The notes beneath the pieces are model-generated. The model was not told the DNA's origin. It saw only the letters and a program-made list of their open reading frames with translations, and did not search any database. A stretch of DNA of 64,000 bases from the human T2T-CHM13v2.0 reference genome, Homo sapiens. Below, one piece after another: positions 41,585-55,720 of the stretch. Numbering within the stretch: the first letter of the stretch is position 1; each line of letters opens with the position of its first letter. The stretch lies in the NCBI RefSeq assembly GCF_009914755.1, contig NC_060936.1, one strand, 5' to 3'. The position numbers and the translations under genes are program-made.

Positions 41585-44500
41585 GTAAGGAAGCGGGACT
41601 GGCGGCGCGGCCACCTCGGCGGTGCCTATCTGCTCGAATCCATCCCAAAGATTTTCTTCTCGATACACTTGGGTTTTAGTGGTGGGAGTCTGAGACCTAG
41701 GGAGGGATCCCCGGGTGGCCTATTGTGAGAAATGTGAGACTACATGTGCATCTCCTGGAAAAGCACTTTGCACAGCGCCCGTGATTTAGAGCCTGGAGTT
41801 GATGTTGGGCATCCCCCATCTTCTTGCTTCCTCTTTCCTTCTCTTGTTCTCTCTCCTCCGTCCCCCACCCCCAATCTCAATCTTTTCTCTCTTTCTCTCC
41901 CACACCTCCCCTCTCGCCCTCCTCCCACCCTAAGCACGCACAGCGTTTCTTTCTCCTCCTGGAGAGGATTGCCTTTCTTAGAGGAAAGAGGGGGAGTGAA
42001 GAAAGGAGAAAGATTTCTTTCTGTTGGGGAGAGGGATATGGGGGGGGGGGAACGTAAACAAGATAGAATACAAGCTCTGCGAAAATCAGAGCACATAAAG
42101 CAATTAAACTGAATAAGGGGAGTAGACAACCAGTCCAGCTTGGGCTGTCAGAGAGAGGAAGCGTCAAGTTTGACTTGATTTCCTCCTTGCAAGAGTCTAT
42201 GTCTCTCACTTGATTCGTTCAAATGGAACAAAAATAAACCGACAATCCAACCCACTTTCAACTGCTTAATTGCTTTTGCTTTTGAGTGCCAACCATCTGA
42301 CTTTTCCTGTTTCCATCTGTCCTGTGGGGCTAACAATTTGGTATTGCACATCAGTGTTAATATCTGAACTTTGAAAGCTTTCTTGAGTAACAAAAAAAAA
42401 AAACAATTAAAATAGATTATTACTTTCCTGAGGTTTCTTGGTATGGCCTGTTGTTGGGGGATCAAAAAATGTAAAGTTTCAAAACATTTGCAAGGGACAA
42501 CAATTTTATAGGGAGGCTTGGATTTCTACTTTGAGAAAGCTAATCTTCTAGTTAGCTTTGTGTACATGTTGATATTCACTTTCTCCAGTATTAACCCTTT
42601 CGTGAAATAAAGCAACTGTTTAACTTTTGTATGGAAGCTACATTTGTGTAGAATTTTCACTTTATTCTACCTTTGTACTATTTGCATTTTATTGTCTGGA
42701 TACCAAACTTATGCCTGGCTTTATTTTCTTTTAATAGGACAATATTTAATGGATGTAAACATGATGTTTATACAATTTCAGCACTCCCTTTAGAAGGCAC
42801 ATGGAGGCTCAGTTGGACAAGAATCCTCCTGTACTGGAACTAAGTTTAGAAAGTAATGCTAGAAAGATACCCTAAATTTTAAAAATCCTGAAGGGGAAAA
42901 CATTTTTGTAACGTCTTGTTAAAAGAAAGAAAAATATATCAAAACACCAACATGCCCCTGGCTGCCTGCATAATAGGTCAAGTAAATGGTACTTGTTGGA
43001 CAGAGCCTTTACAGCAGCTTCAGCAGTCTCTAATTCCATCATTGGGGATATAAGCTTTCTTTTCTTATTATTCTTCAGGGACAGCTAAGCGATAGTACTG
43101 TCAGATGGAAGGAGGTATAGAGAAATGCCTCGTTTGATGTAATAGGAAAGCATTCCAAGTGGGTCTTACCTGAACACAGAGAAATCCACAGATGTTAGTA
43201 TACAAAACACTTCTTTTTATTTATCAGGGGAAATGCAGAGTCTTACTTTTTTTTGTCTAGAACTCCACTTGATATAAGAAAAGAGAATCTTCTATCTTAA
43301 CTGTGTCTGACCTTCCACACTAATTTTGTATCTCAGAGAGTATTTTTTCACTACGTACGTTTAATATATAAGTTTACACACCAACTTAGAGAAGAGCTGA
43401 ATTCATTTGCCATCAGTGTAATGTGTACTATTTTCCAAACCATTTTGCATTTGAGGCAATGATCTCTCCCTAAATAGAATTACCAAGTCACGAAAAACGA
43501 TTTTCTTTCTAGGGCTTTGACATTTAAATGAAAAAAAAAAAAAATAGTGTCTCTGTTGAAAGCTAACTCTGGTTTTTAGAGGTGCCACCTTTTGGTTACA
43601 AGGACAAAGGGACAATCACTTAATTACCTCACATGTATGTACAACTGAATTAACAAGTTTAGACATGAAAAGATGTACAAAAAGGAAGCCAGCTGCCTTC
43701 ATGTGAGAAAATTAAGATTTTGTTTTCTCATTTCTCCACTGTCTTAGGAATATGTGAAAATTTAGGCTTGGTTTGTGACATTTATTTTCATGACTCTTTA
43801 CAAATGTTAATTATAGAAATAACATCTAAAAATATGGATATGAGTAGTTTTTCAAATACTTCTAAAAAATTCAATATCTGTGTATTGGAAATCAGAACTA
43901 ATTCCAATATATAGTGAGTGGATTGGGGAGAGACCTTACATGATATATTATAGGAAATTCTTACTTTGTTATCCCACAAAATAGTCTAATGTCACAATTT
44001 CATACAATCTTTGTTTTTTCTCCCTTTGACAGGATATTTTAGTAAATCTCATTAATGTTTCAGAGTAAATATGATAATTATGCCTCGAGGTATTTTTGTC
44101 AGAATTGAAGACTGCTAATATATAGGGAAAATCCTAAAATACTAATTTCACAAAAATACCACATGATTGAGAGTTGTTGCTGAGTAGTTTTGAACTTCAT
44201 TTCATAATGGAGAATATTAGTTATTTCATCTGGTCAAATTATCAGATAGTTCTAATCAACAAATATGAAAATGAATAACATTGTATTTATACGATTTGCA
44301 TATTAGACTGAAATTGAAACTAAAAAATAGTATTAATTATATGCTTGTATTAATTATATGCAAGATGAGCTGGAAGATTAATAAAATAAAATGTAGAATA
44401 TGTTAGAAATCTGAAAGTTAATTTGAACTTCCTGTTAGCCTAATAACACCATTAACATAATATCAGTTCATCACTTTTGATGTCAGTATATTAAGTTGAT

Positions 44501-47500
44501 TTTGAGAAAATTCCCAAAACAGTTAGAGCCATCTAATCTTAAAGAACACACACTTAATGCAGACAATTATACGAGCCTGAAATATAGTTCTTATGATTTC
44601 CAGTTTGTGCAACAACCAAGAAGAGCTATCACTAATTCCAAATTGAAACATAATATTTATTTTCCTAATGGTAATAATTAAGTAATTTGGGGGGAACAAG
44701 AAATAAAAACAGTTTGATTATATAATGGAACAAATCTTTGTCTAATATTACCAAAAACCCATACCAAAGTTAGACTTTCTGCCATTGTGTAATGTAGGTA
44801 TGGGTCTTGCATGCATTCTGCAGAAAATATAATATTTTTAAAAAGTAAATATCTGATGTAGTTGTGATATTTTAAAATTCTTAAATAATTTATTTATCAT
44901 AAATATATCTGTACCAAAAGTTCAATACATGACGTGGCTGATTTTAGCTGAAATTTTTTCACTGAAATTGACCAAAGCCATTTAAAAAGAGACAAAGTAT
45001 ATGGCAATATACATAATAATTTCAGCTAGAATTTAAGGATATGTGTGTGTATATACATATGCATATATTTGTGTGTATATATATTCCGAAATTATCTAAA
45101 TTTTTCAAAAAGGTTTAGAAACTCATGGACAGTAGACTATAATTTGCTGAAACTAGGGGCTATTCATGTACAAAGTACCATTTAAAGAAAGATGACGGTG
45201 TCTTAGGAATGCTTTTAAGGGTTCTTTGGTTGAAAGTCTGGGAATACTCAGAGATAATATTAATGAGAGCCTAGAGTTTTTTTCTTTTAAAATGGGGTTC
45301 CATGGCTTTGGGCAGAAATGATTTTTATATGTATCATGATTGAAAAAACTCTCAGTACAAGATGATGCACTTCTTTATACAGGTAACAAATAAGTTGAAA
45401 TCATATTTTTACATGATTTAGATATGATGGCTGATAAAACTTCTGTCTTTCTAAGGCTTTTGGCAGATGTTTCTTTCAATATTTGCATTAAGGTAAACAT
45501 TCTTAATTTTTTATGTAATTGAATGGCATGATTATCATTGCATTGGGTGGGAGAATGTGGGTTGATATGTTTTCATTAAATTCCTCAAGAAATGATCAAC
45601 ATTTTTTCAGTCTTTTTGCAAACTTGACTTAAACTTCTCCACTAAGTGTTTCCATTTCCTTAAGGAGAAATTTAACATTTCCAAAAAAAAAGATAACCAG
45701 CATTTTTCTTTCAGCTGGTCATTTTAAGAGTGTTCTTGAGGAGCTAGTTTTATATGGACTATAAGATAAACTGTGGTAGCCGGGTATGTGAACATCACTC
45801 CATTCATATGTACTAGCAATACAAAATAAACTTATTTAAAATTATAGTGCAAATGTATGCTACCTATTAGAAGAGAGCATGCCATCATTTACTGTCTACA
45901 TCAATAAAATTAACTTTTGTTTTATTAAAAAAGGAAAACTTTTCTTTAAAGTGGACAATAAATATATTGCTATGTTGTAGAAATGGTAAACACTAGAGAT
46001 GCTATTTCTGCAATTTAAAATATAATATTAGAGATTCTATTGCAAAGAATCCTAGTTTTAAAATGGCATCTACATTACATTATTTTAAAAAAGCAATATT
46101 TAAGAGAGTTTCAAAAGAAATTAAAACCTACATTAAAGTAAAATAACACCTTTATGGTAGTGTTAGAAATGAATTTTCTAGCATGTCTTTGACACATGCA
46201 AAACAAATATTTTAAAGAATTATTTCTGTAATTGCTCTAATTTTTATATTTATTTAAGCCTTAAGTTCTGATTGCTGATTTCCATACTTTACTAATAATG
46301 CAAATGAGAGGTCAAAGTTTATCTTTTTTGGTTACTGCTATTGCGGAAATACAAAGAAAGCATACTGGTCACTCCTATAAATGTCTCACACATAGTATGT
46401 TTTATGTTTAACATTATTACTTATGCACATAAAAAGGCATTTTGTTAAAGAGGAGCTCTAGAAAATCATAAAGCAGATGAAGATATAAAACATGCCTTCT
46501 ATTTCTAGCTGTTTGTACAAAATGAGAGCTGGGGAATTTCCATGTAGAACGGGAATGGCCTATAAACTAGTGTAAGAATTCGGTGAACCTACTTGGTTAA
46601 GATATAATTTAAGATATTATTTCCAAGAGTTCATACAGCCCTGTTGGACAACATTTCATCACAGATACTAGCTTGCAACCATGCTACGGCAATCATAAAT
46701 ACTGTTAAAAAGACATTTAGCTAAGTGCCTCAGTTAGAAATTAATTTCTGATTGAAATATCCACTTAATTAAATTCAGGTATGGTACTGAAACTTGGTCA
46801 TATCTTACCTCAAAGAACCTATTTCTGTACTTGTGAAATATAGCTTTATTAATAATTTTAAAGTGCTTAGAGTTCCGATATTTTTTTATCAAAGGGTATT
46901 ATATAAGTAAAAGTAATTGTGTCTTATTTCCTGTGATAGATAAATGTTTTCTTTCTCTTTTGAAATCAAAGATAAAATGCACTTATGCACTCAAATGCAA
47001 ACATATTTGAAGAGTTTGAAATGTAAACATTCTTATTTTGCAATTGCTTACATGAGAAGTATATAGTCTCCTGTCCTCTTCCATCATGCTCCCTGACAGC
47101 AGCCATCATTTCAGTCCCTTGAGAATAGAAAGGAAAGCAGACAAACCACCTGAAAACTCTGGTGAAAGTTCTCATGATGTGGCCTCCAGGGAACAGCCTC
47201 TTGTTTTACTTGAGGCTCATTTCCGCTGGGCCATCCTCCTTGCATGTCACTCCATGCCTACTGTGGGTAGGAAACAGGTACTTGGATTGACTGATTGCTG
47301 CTTTGAGATTCCTTGACATATTTTTTCATCAACATGAAGGCAAAAGGACATGAATACTCAGTCAAAACATGCAGAGCTGTACTTACGTGAACACTTTTAA
47401 AATGCGATACTGAATCTTATATAATTTTAGGATAATTTATGAAAAAGCTTTTCTTTCTTGGAATTTCTTTTGTTTACTCACAAGTGATCCAAGCAAAAGA

Positions 47501-50500
47501 TGAAGCTGTTAAACCATGAGTCAGTATAGTATTTTTTTAACTTAACACCTGAGAATAAAGCTGAAAGGATTGTTTAAAAAGTGTTTCAAATCATACTTTC
47601 AAAATCCATCTGTGTCTGGAGACCCTTAAATAAGCACATGCTTCATGGTCATTATCCCAGATAACTGACAATTTGTTTTTCTACAAAATCTCTGGATATT
47701 ATGAAACATCACACACGAGCTTGCTTTTAGGATAGATTATTAATAATGTATTTTTCAGACACAATTGTATGTGAGAGTTTCTGCAAGTATAAACAATAAG
47801 ATAACATTACAGCAGCAGGCAACACTCACTAAAATATCAATTTTGAATTGTCTGCTCTCTCTTTGAGAAGGAGAAAGAGCTAACTGAGTATCTTTTTCCC
47901 TCATGATGTACTTACTGGTCTCCAATATCCTATGCCATACAAACAGTGGACATGGTCCTTGCTTAGCTCCTATGAAATACGGAAACTGCCTACCTGCTTA
48001 TTTTTGAGGGAAAAAAAACTTTTCTAGAAAGATTTTTAGACAAATGATTTATTGGCCTTTGAAGCAAGGACAAGTGCTATAACAACTCATTAAGGGATAG
48101 TTGAGCTCTAGCAATCAGGTTTTGAGTTATCAAGATTATTAGGAAGAAAAGTTGACACAGTTTCTCAGGAAAAAGACAAGGAAGCAAAGCATTGAAATCT
48201 GTTTCTGACTTGGAGTGTCTGCCAGATCCTAGTTTACAAGGCTGGCTTTCTGCCTAATCCCTAGCATTTTCATCAGATTTGAAGACTGAATAAAGTGAAC
48301 TATTGGGCATTAGAGCATATTTCTAGAGCACCGAGACCTCTTCTATAAATAGCATAACATCACTCTTCTATTTTAACCAATGTTCAGAATCCGAGGCCAC
48401 AAGTTTTTATATTTAAATATGTATAAACCAGATCATTCTATGCCTGAAAGTACTAGGGTTTTATCTGTCTGTGTACAGGAAATTCTTCTGTTAAAAGCTT
48501 AGTTAACAATATGACATTACAAATAATGTACCTATTTTTAGTGGTTTTATTAAATTATAATGTTAAATTTAAAAAGCCAAGCATTCACCTTGAGCTACAT
48601 CTGAGCCTGATAATTCAAAAAGTGACATTTCAGTACAAAGCCAACATACCCTTAAATTGACAAAACTGCCCTGCTTTTAAATTGTTTTGTAAAAAAGTAC
48701 TTGATATGCAAGTTTCCAACGACTTGTTTTTTTTCTGGAGAATCTTAGATACTTTCTGAACCACTCTTAGACAACACAGAATGAATATTAATGACAGGAG
48801 AGAGCTGACTCCTTCAGGCAAAAGTGGATGAGACAAGTTCTTTTATGCCTTTGAGAATCTGTTTCATCATTTATATATTGAACACATAGCAACAGTTTTA
48901 TTTCTCTTGATTTCTGGACTTTTAGACCTGTATGCATCGAAGCATATTACAACTCACAGCCTGAATAGGAAAGATTTGTTCAGTTCTCTGGTTATAAGAA
49001 TGATATAGGAATTCCTTTGTGTTCTCTTCCTTTCTGTACATTTTATTCCTTTCTCATGTCTTCTCTTCCTACTCTGCCCTTCTTCCTTCTTTTCTTCATT
49101 CTTTTGTCTTTCCTTTCTTTTTTTGTATCTTAATTAAATATTTTCCTATAGAATCACTAAATGAAGGTTTAGTACTTTTGACCCATAGTAATCTTCACCA
49201 GCTGAATTAATTTGTGTCAACAACTAAGAAATGTAATTCTTAGTTTGTATACATTTTAGGTTAGCTTCACAAAATATATGTATAGATAAATAAAGGAGCA
49301 GCCTTTTAATTTGTTTATGTAATTGGCACACTTAAATGGAATGTGTCATCATATGAATGTTTTTAAAATTTTGCATGTAAAGGGCTTGCGGATAATTTTT
49401 AAACCATAACTTTTTGCAGAGAGACAGAATAATGTTTTAGAGTCCAAAAAACTGGCATGTACTATTTGGCATGTTTTTCTTTATTTTCTATTTTGCCATT
49501 GCAATGGTAACAAGTTACTGTGTTCATGACAGGCGTGCAGCACTGTATTTTTATTTGTTTATTTATTTTATTGCCTTGTTTGATGTTGATAATGAAGAGG
49601 TTCTCTCTCTTAAAGATGCAATGAAGGAGACTCAAGTGTTGTTACTTGCCTGCAATTACACATTTAGAAAGCCTCTTATATTTTTTGTCTATTGGAACTT
49701 ACTGCCTCAGCACTTAATAAAGCAGGAAAAAGCATGTTTTGTAATTCTCTTACTATGTAAGAACTAGTTTGCTTTTGCTTATCTAACATCATTATTGAGT
49801 ATAAGATACATAGTCTTTATTTATCCCACTGAAAAAATAAGAAAGATTTGATATACCATTATTTCTTCTGTGACTCTAATTGCAAAATAAATTGAGTTTG
49901 TGTTTTAAAATTATTCAAGGGACATTTTTGTAATCTACAAGAAAAGTCACTAAGCTTGAGTCACTAGGCTAAGTTGGCCTTTAGTCATTGCTATATCACT
50001 GTGATGTTAGATAAGTCACCTTATTTGTTTTCTTATTTGTAAACTCCATAGTTCCAAGCCACCAAGTAGGGTGCAATGAGAAGTGATTGTAATCATAAGT
50101 GTTGTAGCTTTATCACTAACTCTCCAAACTTATCTCTTATTATTCTCCTCATTGATATTCATACACACCTTCTTGCTGTTCCTTCACATAACATTAGTGG
50201 AAGTTGTTGAATCTATTGATACTTTTTATCTTCTATTCCAAGGTAGAATGGTTAAACATTCTGCTCTAAGTGAACATATCCAAACCACAATTATTATTCA
50301 ATTCAAATATGAAGTCTATCAGTTGGCAATTCTTTGTGTTAAGAAACACATTTGCGAGCAATAGCTAATAGCCATACCATTGCAATGTGGAATAATATAA
50401 GTGTGTTTGTAGCTAATCTGATTTAAGAAAACAGGAATTTTAGTTGGGAAGGGCCTATAGAAAGAATACAAAATTATATGAAACATAGGATAGGTATTAA

Positions 50501-50524
50501 GGGAGATATTTGAATGAATACAGG

Positions 50525-50750
50525 TATTCATATTGTTTCTTACAATATGTCAGGCACTTTTCTATGTACTTTCCATGCTTCATCCCATTTAATATTCTCA
50601 ATAACTCCTTGGGATTTGTGCTAATTTGTTTATAATTTTTAAGTGAGAAAGTAGTGGAAAAAGAATAACTGAGCAACTTCCCAGGGTCACATTATGTAGT
50701 AAGATGTAGAATTAAACCCAAGCTACCTATTTACAGAGCCAATACTCAAT
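50525..50750 (-). mobile_element. MIR
   Basis: atgtcaggcact...catttaatattctcaataactc...gcaacttcccagggtcacat. Confidence 0.65.
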
Positions 50751-51689
50751 CATAGGTAGTCACACAATCAATAAACTCATAAATGTCAGAAGAAGAGAAT
50801 AGATGGTGGCAAAGAGGTAGAGGTACCCAAAAGAGATTAAATAGTGATAGGCAAATTGATCCACTTTATAGGTTAGGTCAATATGAGCATGATGGCAATA
50901 GGATAAAAGTATGAAACTTAGAGAGCTGGATTCAGATAGCCAACTCTGGAATGGTGAACTTCAATAAGATAGTTCCCCAGGAATGAAAATGCAATAATGT
51001 TTGCAAATTGTCTGGTGCCCTGTTACTATATGGTAGATTTGACCACCTTTGCTCCTCTTTCTCTTTTTTTATTTTCAGAAATTCTTTCACTTGTAAAAAT
51101 GCCACCTGACTCAAAATGCTTAAGCAAGAAAAGGGATTTTGGTGCTCATGTGACCATAAAGTTCATGAATATTCTGGCTTCAGTCATAGGTGGAAATGGG
51201 AGCTCACACCATGTGGTCAGAACCAAGCCTATTCTCCTTCCTACCACTGTACCACTAGTACTCAATAATTTAACGACTGGTATGATTATACCAGTGTGAA
51301 AAGTCTACCTATAAGAGGATATTGGCTGAGTTGATTGTTATTTAATTCTAGTTGTGTCCTTGCCTTACTCTGTTTGGCTTCCTCACTTTTTAATGCAGAA
51401 GGGTAGATAGTCTTTATTCATCTCATTGCAAAGATAAGAAGAAAGTCCTTTACAAGACTTGAAGAAATTAAGCTTAGTAGAACCAAGAACAGCAAATTGC
51501 AGAGCCACTTGCGTGTAAATGAGAATTTCAAACTTTTATTAGTTTTGTAAGGAAGGAGGGGTTATTTCAAGGAGTTTATAAAGTTTTAACCTACATATGC
51601 TACAGATTAAACGTTATCAATTTGTACAAATATATTATACATTTTTATCTTTGTTGTACTCTGAATTGAAGAGGAAATATTTGGGAATA

Positions 51690-52035
51690 ATATATTTCTT
51701 CGGTAAGTATGATGATGTTCCTATTATATGCCAGGCACCATTTGGATGCTGGGGATACAGAAATAAAAATAGTAGACAGGTTTCCTGCATGTAGGAGCTT
51801 ACATTCTAAGGGAGAAGAGAGACCATTAAAAACAACAACAAAACATTGCTATGGTACTTATATAATAAATACTATAAAATTGTAAAATAGGCTAATAAAT
51901 AAAACAGAGCAATAGTGGGGAATGTGATCAACCAAAAGGAAAAGGAGCCAGCCCTGTAACTATCAGGGGAAAGCACTGGGGTCAAATGAAGCAACCAGTA
52001 CAGAAGCTCTACAATGGGAACAGTTTGGTCTATTT
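51690..52035 (-). mobile_element. L2 3' fragment
   Basis: tatgccaggcaccatttggatgctggggatacag...ggagcttacattcta. Confidence 0.75.
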
Positions 52036-53008
52036 AGGTATAAAGACACTGGTTTTATGTGTTTCCCGTGCCTTAATATTTTAATTAAAAATAATCTGCA
52101 AACATTATTAAGAAGTTTTCAAAACAGTGTAATCATGTATAATCTCACCATGCTTTAAATATATGCTGTCTCATTTCTGTGTAATATGTTTCCAGTGTGT
52201 GTTCATATGCTTACATTTTTTATGGCGACAATCATAGAATATACACTGTTTTTACTTTGACTTTTAAAATGTATTCTCAGATGTCTTGTAGACATGTATT
52301 TTTATACTCCAGTTTTATCTTCGGAAGAGTAGCTGCTTTTCTTTTATTCTGTATATTCCTCAGACACTTTCTACATATCTTCCGTTTCTTAAATCTTAAT
52401 AATTCTTTCCCTTTCCCCTCATTTCTAAAGAAATTAAATACATGGCCTAACTCCAGTTTTATTGTTCCTATAAATTTAAGTCAACACCTTAACTTTTTAT
52501 CACATTCATGACACTTGTCAATGCAATTTCCTTTTGAGTATATTTTTGATTATATCCTACAAAACTCTAATTTAGATTTTGAAACAAAAGTAAATAAACA
52601 CAGAAAACATAATGAAACAAATCATTTTGTGTCGATTATCACTTAGACAACACAGTTCTTGTAGCATTAACCGGAAATTATTTTTCCTCTATCTAGTCTC
52701 ATATCCTGGTTTCAAGAACTCAATAACCTAAGTCTACCTAGGTTGCTATATGATAGTAAACCAGTTGCCTACAAAGGCATATTAACTTTTGTGAGACTGC
52801 ATTACCACGCAATCTGCTACACAGTAATGAAGTAATAATTAAAGCCTCAATCATAAATGTTCCTCTTTTATTTTCTGCTAATGCTCTCTATAGACATTAT
52901 ATTCTGATAATAACATGTTTTGAAAATGGAGGTTTTTTTTTTTTTTTTTTTTGCCAAACTACTCTGCTCCATCAGGCTCTTTTGTATCCTAAATATTTTA
53001 TGTTATAC

Positions 53009-53530
53009 TATATATATGAGTGTGTGTATATATATACACACATATACACACACACGTATACATATACACATGTAAATATATACACATATGTATATACACA
53101 CGTGTACACATATGTATATACACACGTGTGCACATGTGTACATGTGTGTATATATACACACATGTAGTATATTATATAATATATTATATAATATAATTAT
53201 ATATTATATATTATATATTGTATATTATATATATTATATATTTATATATTATATAATACATATAATATATTATATGTAATACATATCATATATTATATGT
53301 ATTATATATAATATATATTATATGTATTACATATAATATATATTATATGTAATACATATAATATATATTATATGTATTATATATTATATATATTATATGT
53401 ATTATATATAATACGTATAATATATTATATATATTATATATAATATATATAATATATTATACGTATTATATATAATATATATTATATATTATATGTATTA
53501 TATATAATATATATTATATATTATATATAG
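53009..53530. repeat. Compound (TA/CA/TG)n tract followed by an AT-rich ~25-bp minisatellite
   Basis: tatatacacacgtgtacaca... then repeated tattatatgtattacatataatata-like units. Confidence 0.95.
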
Positions 53531-53676
53531 TGTATTTTGATTTTTTAAATGCACCTGGCTCCTCTAGTAAATGCCAGTTTTTCAGAATTTTGCGATGACA
53601 TTTTTATCATCTCTGACTCTTCAGTACCTGAAAGATATTAAGGAGTGAATATTTTATAGAATATTTATTGAATGAG

Positions 53677-54043
53677 TGTATTAGTCTGTTCTCACGCTGC
53701 TAATAAAGACATACCCGAGACTGGGCAACTTATAAAGGAAAGAGGTTTAATGGATTCACAGTTCCACATGGGTGGGGAGGCCTCAAAATCATGGCAGAAG
53801 ATGAAGGAACAGCAAAGGGATGTCCTATGTGGCGGTAGGCAAAGAGAGAGCATGTATAGGGGAACTCCCCTTTATAAAACCACAGGATCTCGTGAGACTT
53901 ATTCACTATCATGAGAACAGCATGGGAAAAACCTTCCCCCATGATTCCGTTACCTCCCACTCTGTCCCTCCCACAACATGTGGGAATTTTGGGAGCTACA
54001 ATTCAAGATGATATCTGGGTGGGGACACAGCTAAACCATATCA
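53677..54043 (-). mobile_element. THE1 (MaLR) solo LTR, THE1C-like, inserted in an L2 tail
   Basis: Ends tgtattagtctgttctcacgctgc / gggacacagctaaaccatatca; 5-bp TSD atgag (53672-53676, 54044-54048). Confidence 0.93.
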
Positions 54044-54256
54044 ATGAGTAAATCCAGTAACTCTATATTTTCTAACATTTTTAACTGGCATCCAAATTTA
54101 GTGTATGCATACACACACTATTAGCAAAAGTTCTATGAAATATTACTTGTTATGCTTTCTGATGCTTTTCAATTATCCTTTTCTATTTCATTAAATAAGT
54201 ACTGGTCATGATCAACTAAGTTTATATTACAATCTAACAATGTATAACAGCCTGTA

Positions 54257-54514
54257 TTTTTTTTTCCTTTTTGAGACAGATTCTGGCTCTGTCATTCAGG
54301 TTGGAGAGCAAGCACATGATCCTCCCAACTCAGCTACCTGAGTAACTGAGACTACAGGTGCATACCACCACGCCTGGCTAATTTTTGTATTTTTTGTAGA
54401 GACAGGGTCTCACTATGTTGCCCAGGCTGGTCCTGAACTCCTGGGTTGAAGAGATCTCCCTGATTCAGCTTCTCAAGGTACTAGGATTACAGGCATGAGC
54501 CACCACACCTGTCC
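54257..54514 (-). mobile_element. AluJ with internal deletion in the right arm
   Basis: gagacagggtctcactatgttgcccaggctgg; ctcctggg; missing the cggctcactgc...tcaag segment. Confidence 0.9.
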
Positions 54515-55274
54515 TCAAAAGTATAATCTTCTTGCTATATTCACATACAGGTAATTTTGTGTGAATTTATAATCCATTATTTTTAAGTCCACAATGAATC
54601 TAGCACCAATGCTGTTATTGGCCACTCTTAAGCAGATTCACGTCAGTTGGCTACCTTCTAAGGGATTCAGCTAATAGCTCTTAAGCTTCCTTTTGGTTGT
54701 CATGGGGTTGATATATTGCACTCTTTTTTTTGTGTGTGTGTGTGGATAAACTTTCTTGTAGATCGGAAGAGGATACACGAAAGGAATAAGGGATTACCTC
54801 TTTTCCTTTAAAATAGTGAGTGGAGAACTAGTCTATGGAAAAAATAGACAATGAAGATTGAGCATAGGTATTTAGAGTTTTGTATTCAAATTAAGAAACA
54901 AACAAATAACATAAAATCTGTCAATCCTTCACCAAGTACATAATGTGGGAATTTTACTAAATGATTTCCCTGACACCTTTCAGTGCTAACATGTGAAGGT
55001 CTGTAATTGACTATGGCATTTTGCTGCAAGAAAATTAGACATATGAGTAACGCAGCACATAAAGCCTTTGGCTTCCCTTCTAACATTTGTTTACTCTCAT
55101 AGTGGTGAATAAGGTTGAAGAGTATGTCTTTCATCTTTCAGTCATTCATTAATCTACTCAAAAATAGTTAAAGTACACAAACAAACTCCAAGACACCATT
55201 AGCCACCCATAAAAGAATTGAGTACCATCTAGTTAAGAGTGAAACCATAAGGAAGTAATGATTCACTCACATGT

Positions 55275-55720
55275 GAGCTGTGAAATAGCATTGTGTAGGA
55301 TATTCTGTGGTAGCAAACAGTACAAAAGCCTCAAGGGCTTCAGCACGAAAGCTTTATTCCTTGGACATACCACATAGCCATTGCGGATCAGAGTGTTTGG
55401 AGAGTACATAGGGGAGAGTGTCCTCTGATTTACATAGTCATTCAAAAATCTAGACTCTGAGAGCTCCAGTGCCCCAGTGTCTTATAAGACTGTCATCTCA
55501 ATGTAAAGTTTAAGGATTCATTGCAGTAGGGCAAAGAACATCAGAATTTCTTACCAGCAATTATCTACTCTGACCCTGTAAAATATACATAAAATTTCTG
55601 CTCACAGTCCATTAGCCAGACCCAGTCACGTGGCTCCTAATTACAAGGATATAGGAAGTATAACACACCCATTCCCACCCCAGGCTTGGAAGAAGAGGAT
55701 ATTGGCAAGTATTTGAAGAG
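55275..55720 (-). mobile_element. Old MLT1 (MaLR) LTR
   Basis: ttctgctcacagtccattagccagacccagtcacgtggc. Confidence 0.55.

Larger units (their letters stand above)
40000..41960. promoter_or_regulatory. CpG island / multi-start promoter region
   Basis: Abrupt rise in GC and CpG content versus AT-rich flanks; GC boxes (cccgcccc), TATAAA at 40113, CCAAT boxes, splice donors on +. Confidence 0.9.

Noticed and set aside
40807-41728. Longest ORFs (260 aa on +, 252 aa and 173 aa on -) with poly-Ala/Pro
   Set aside because: Overlapping open frames on both strands are expected in a GC-rich CpG island; several start at non-ATG codons; no recognisable domain; the + ORF reads through the strong donor at 41584
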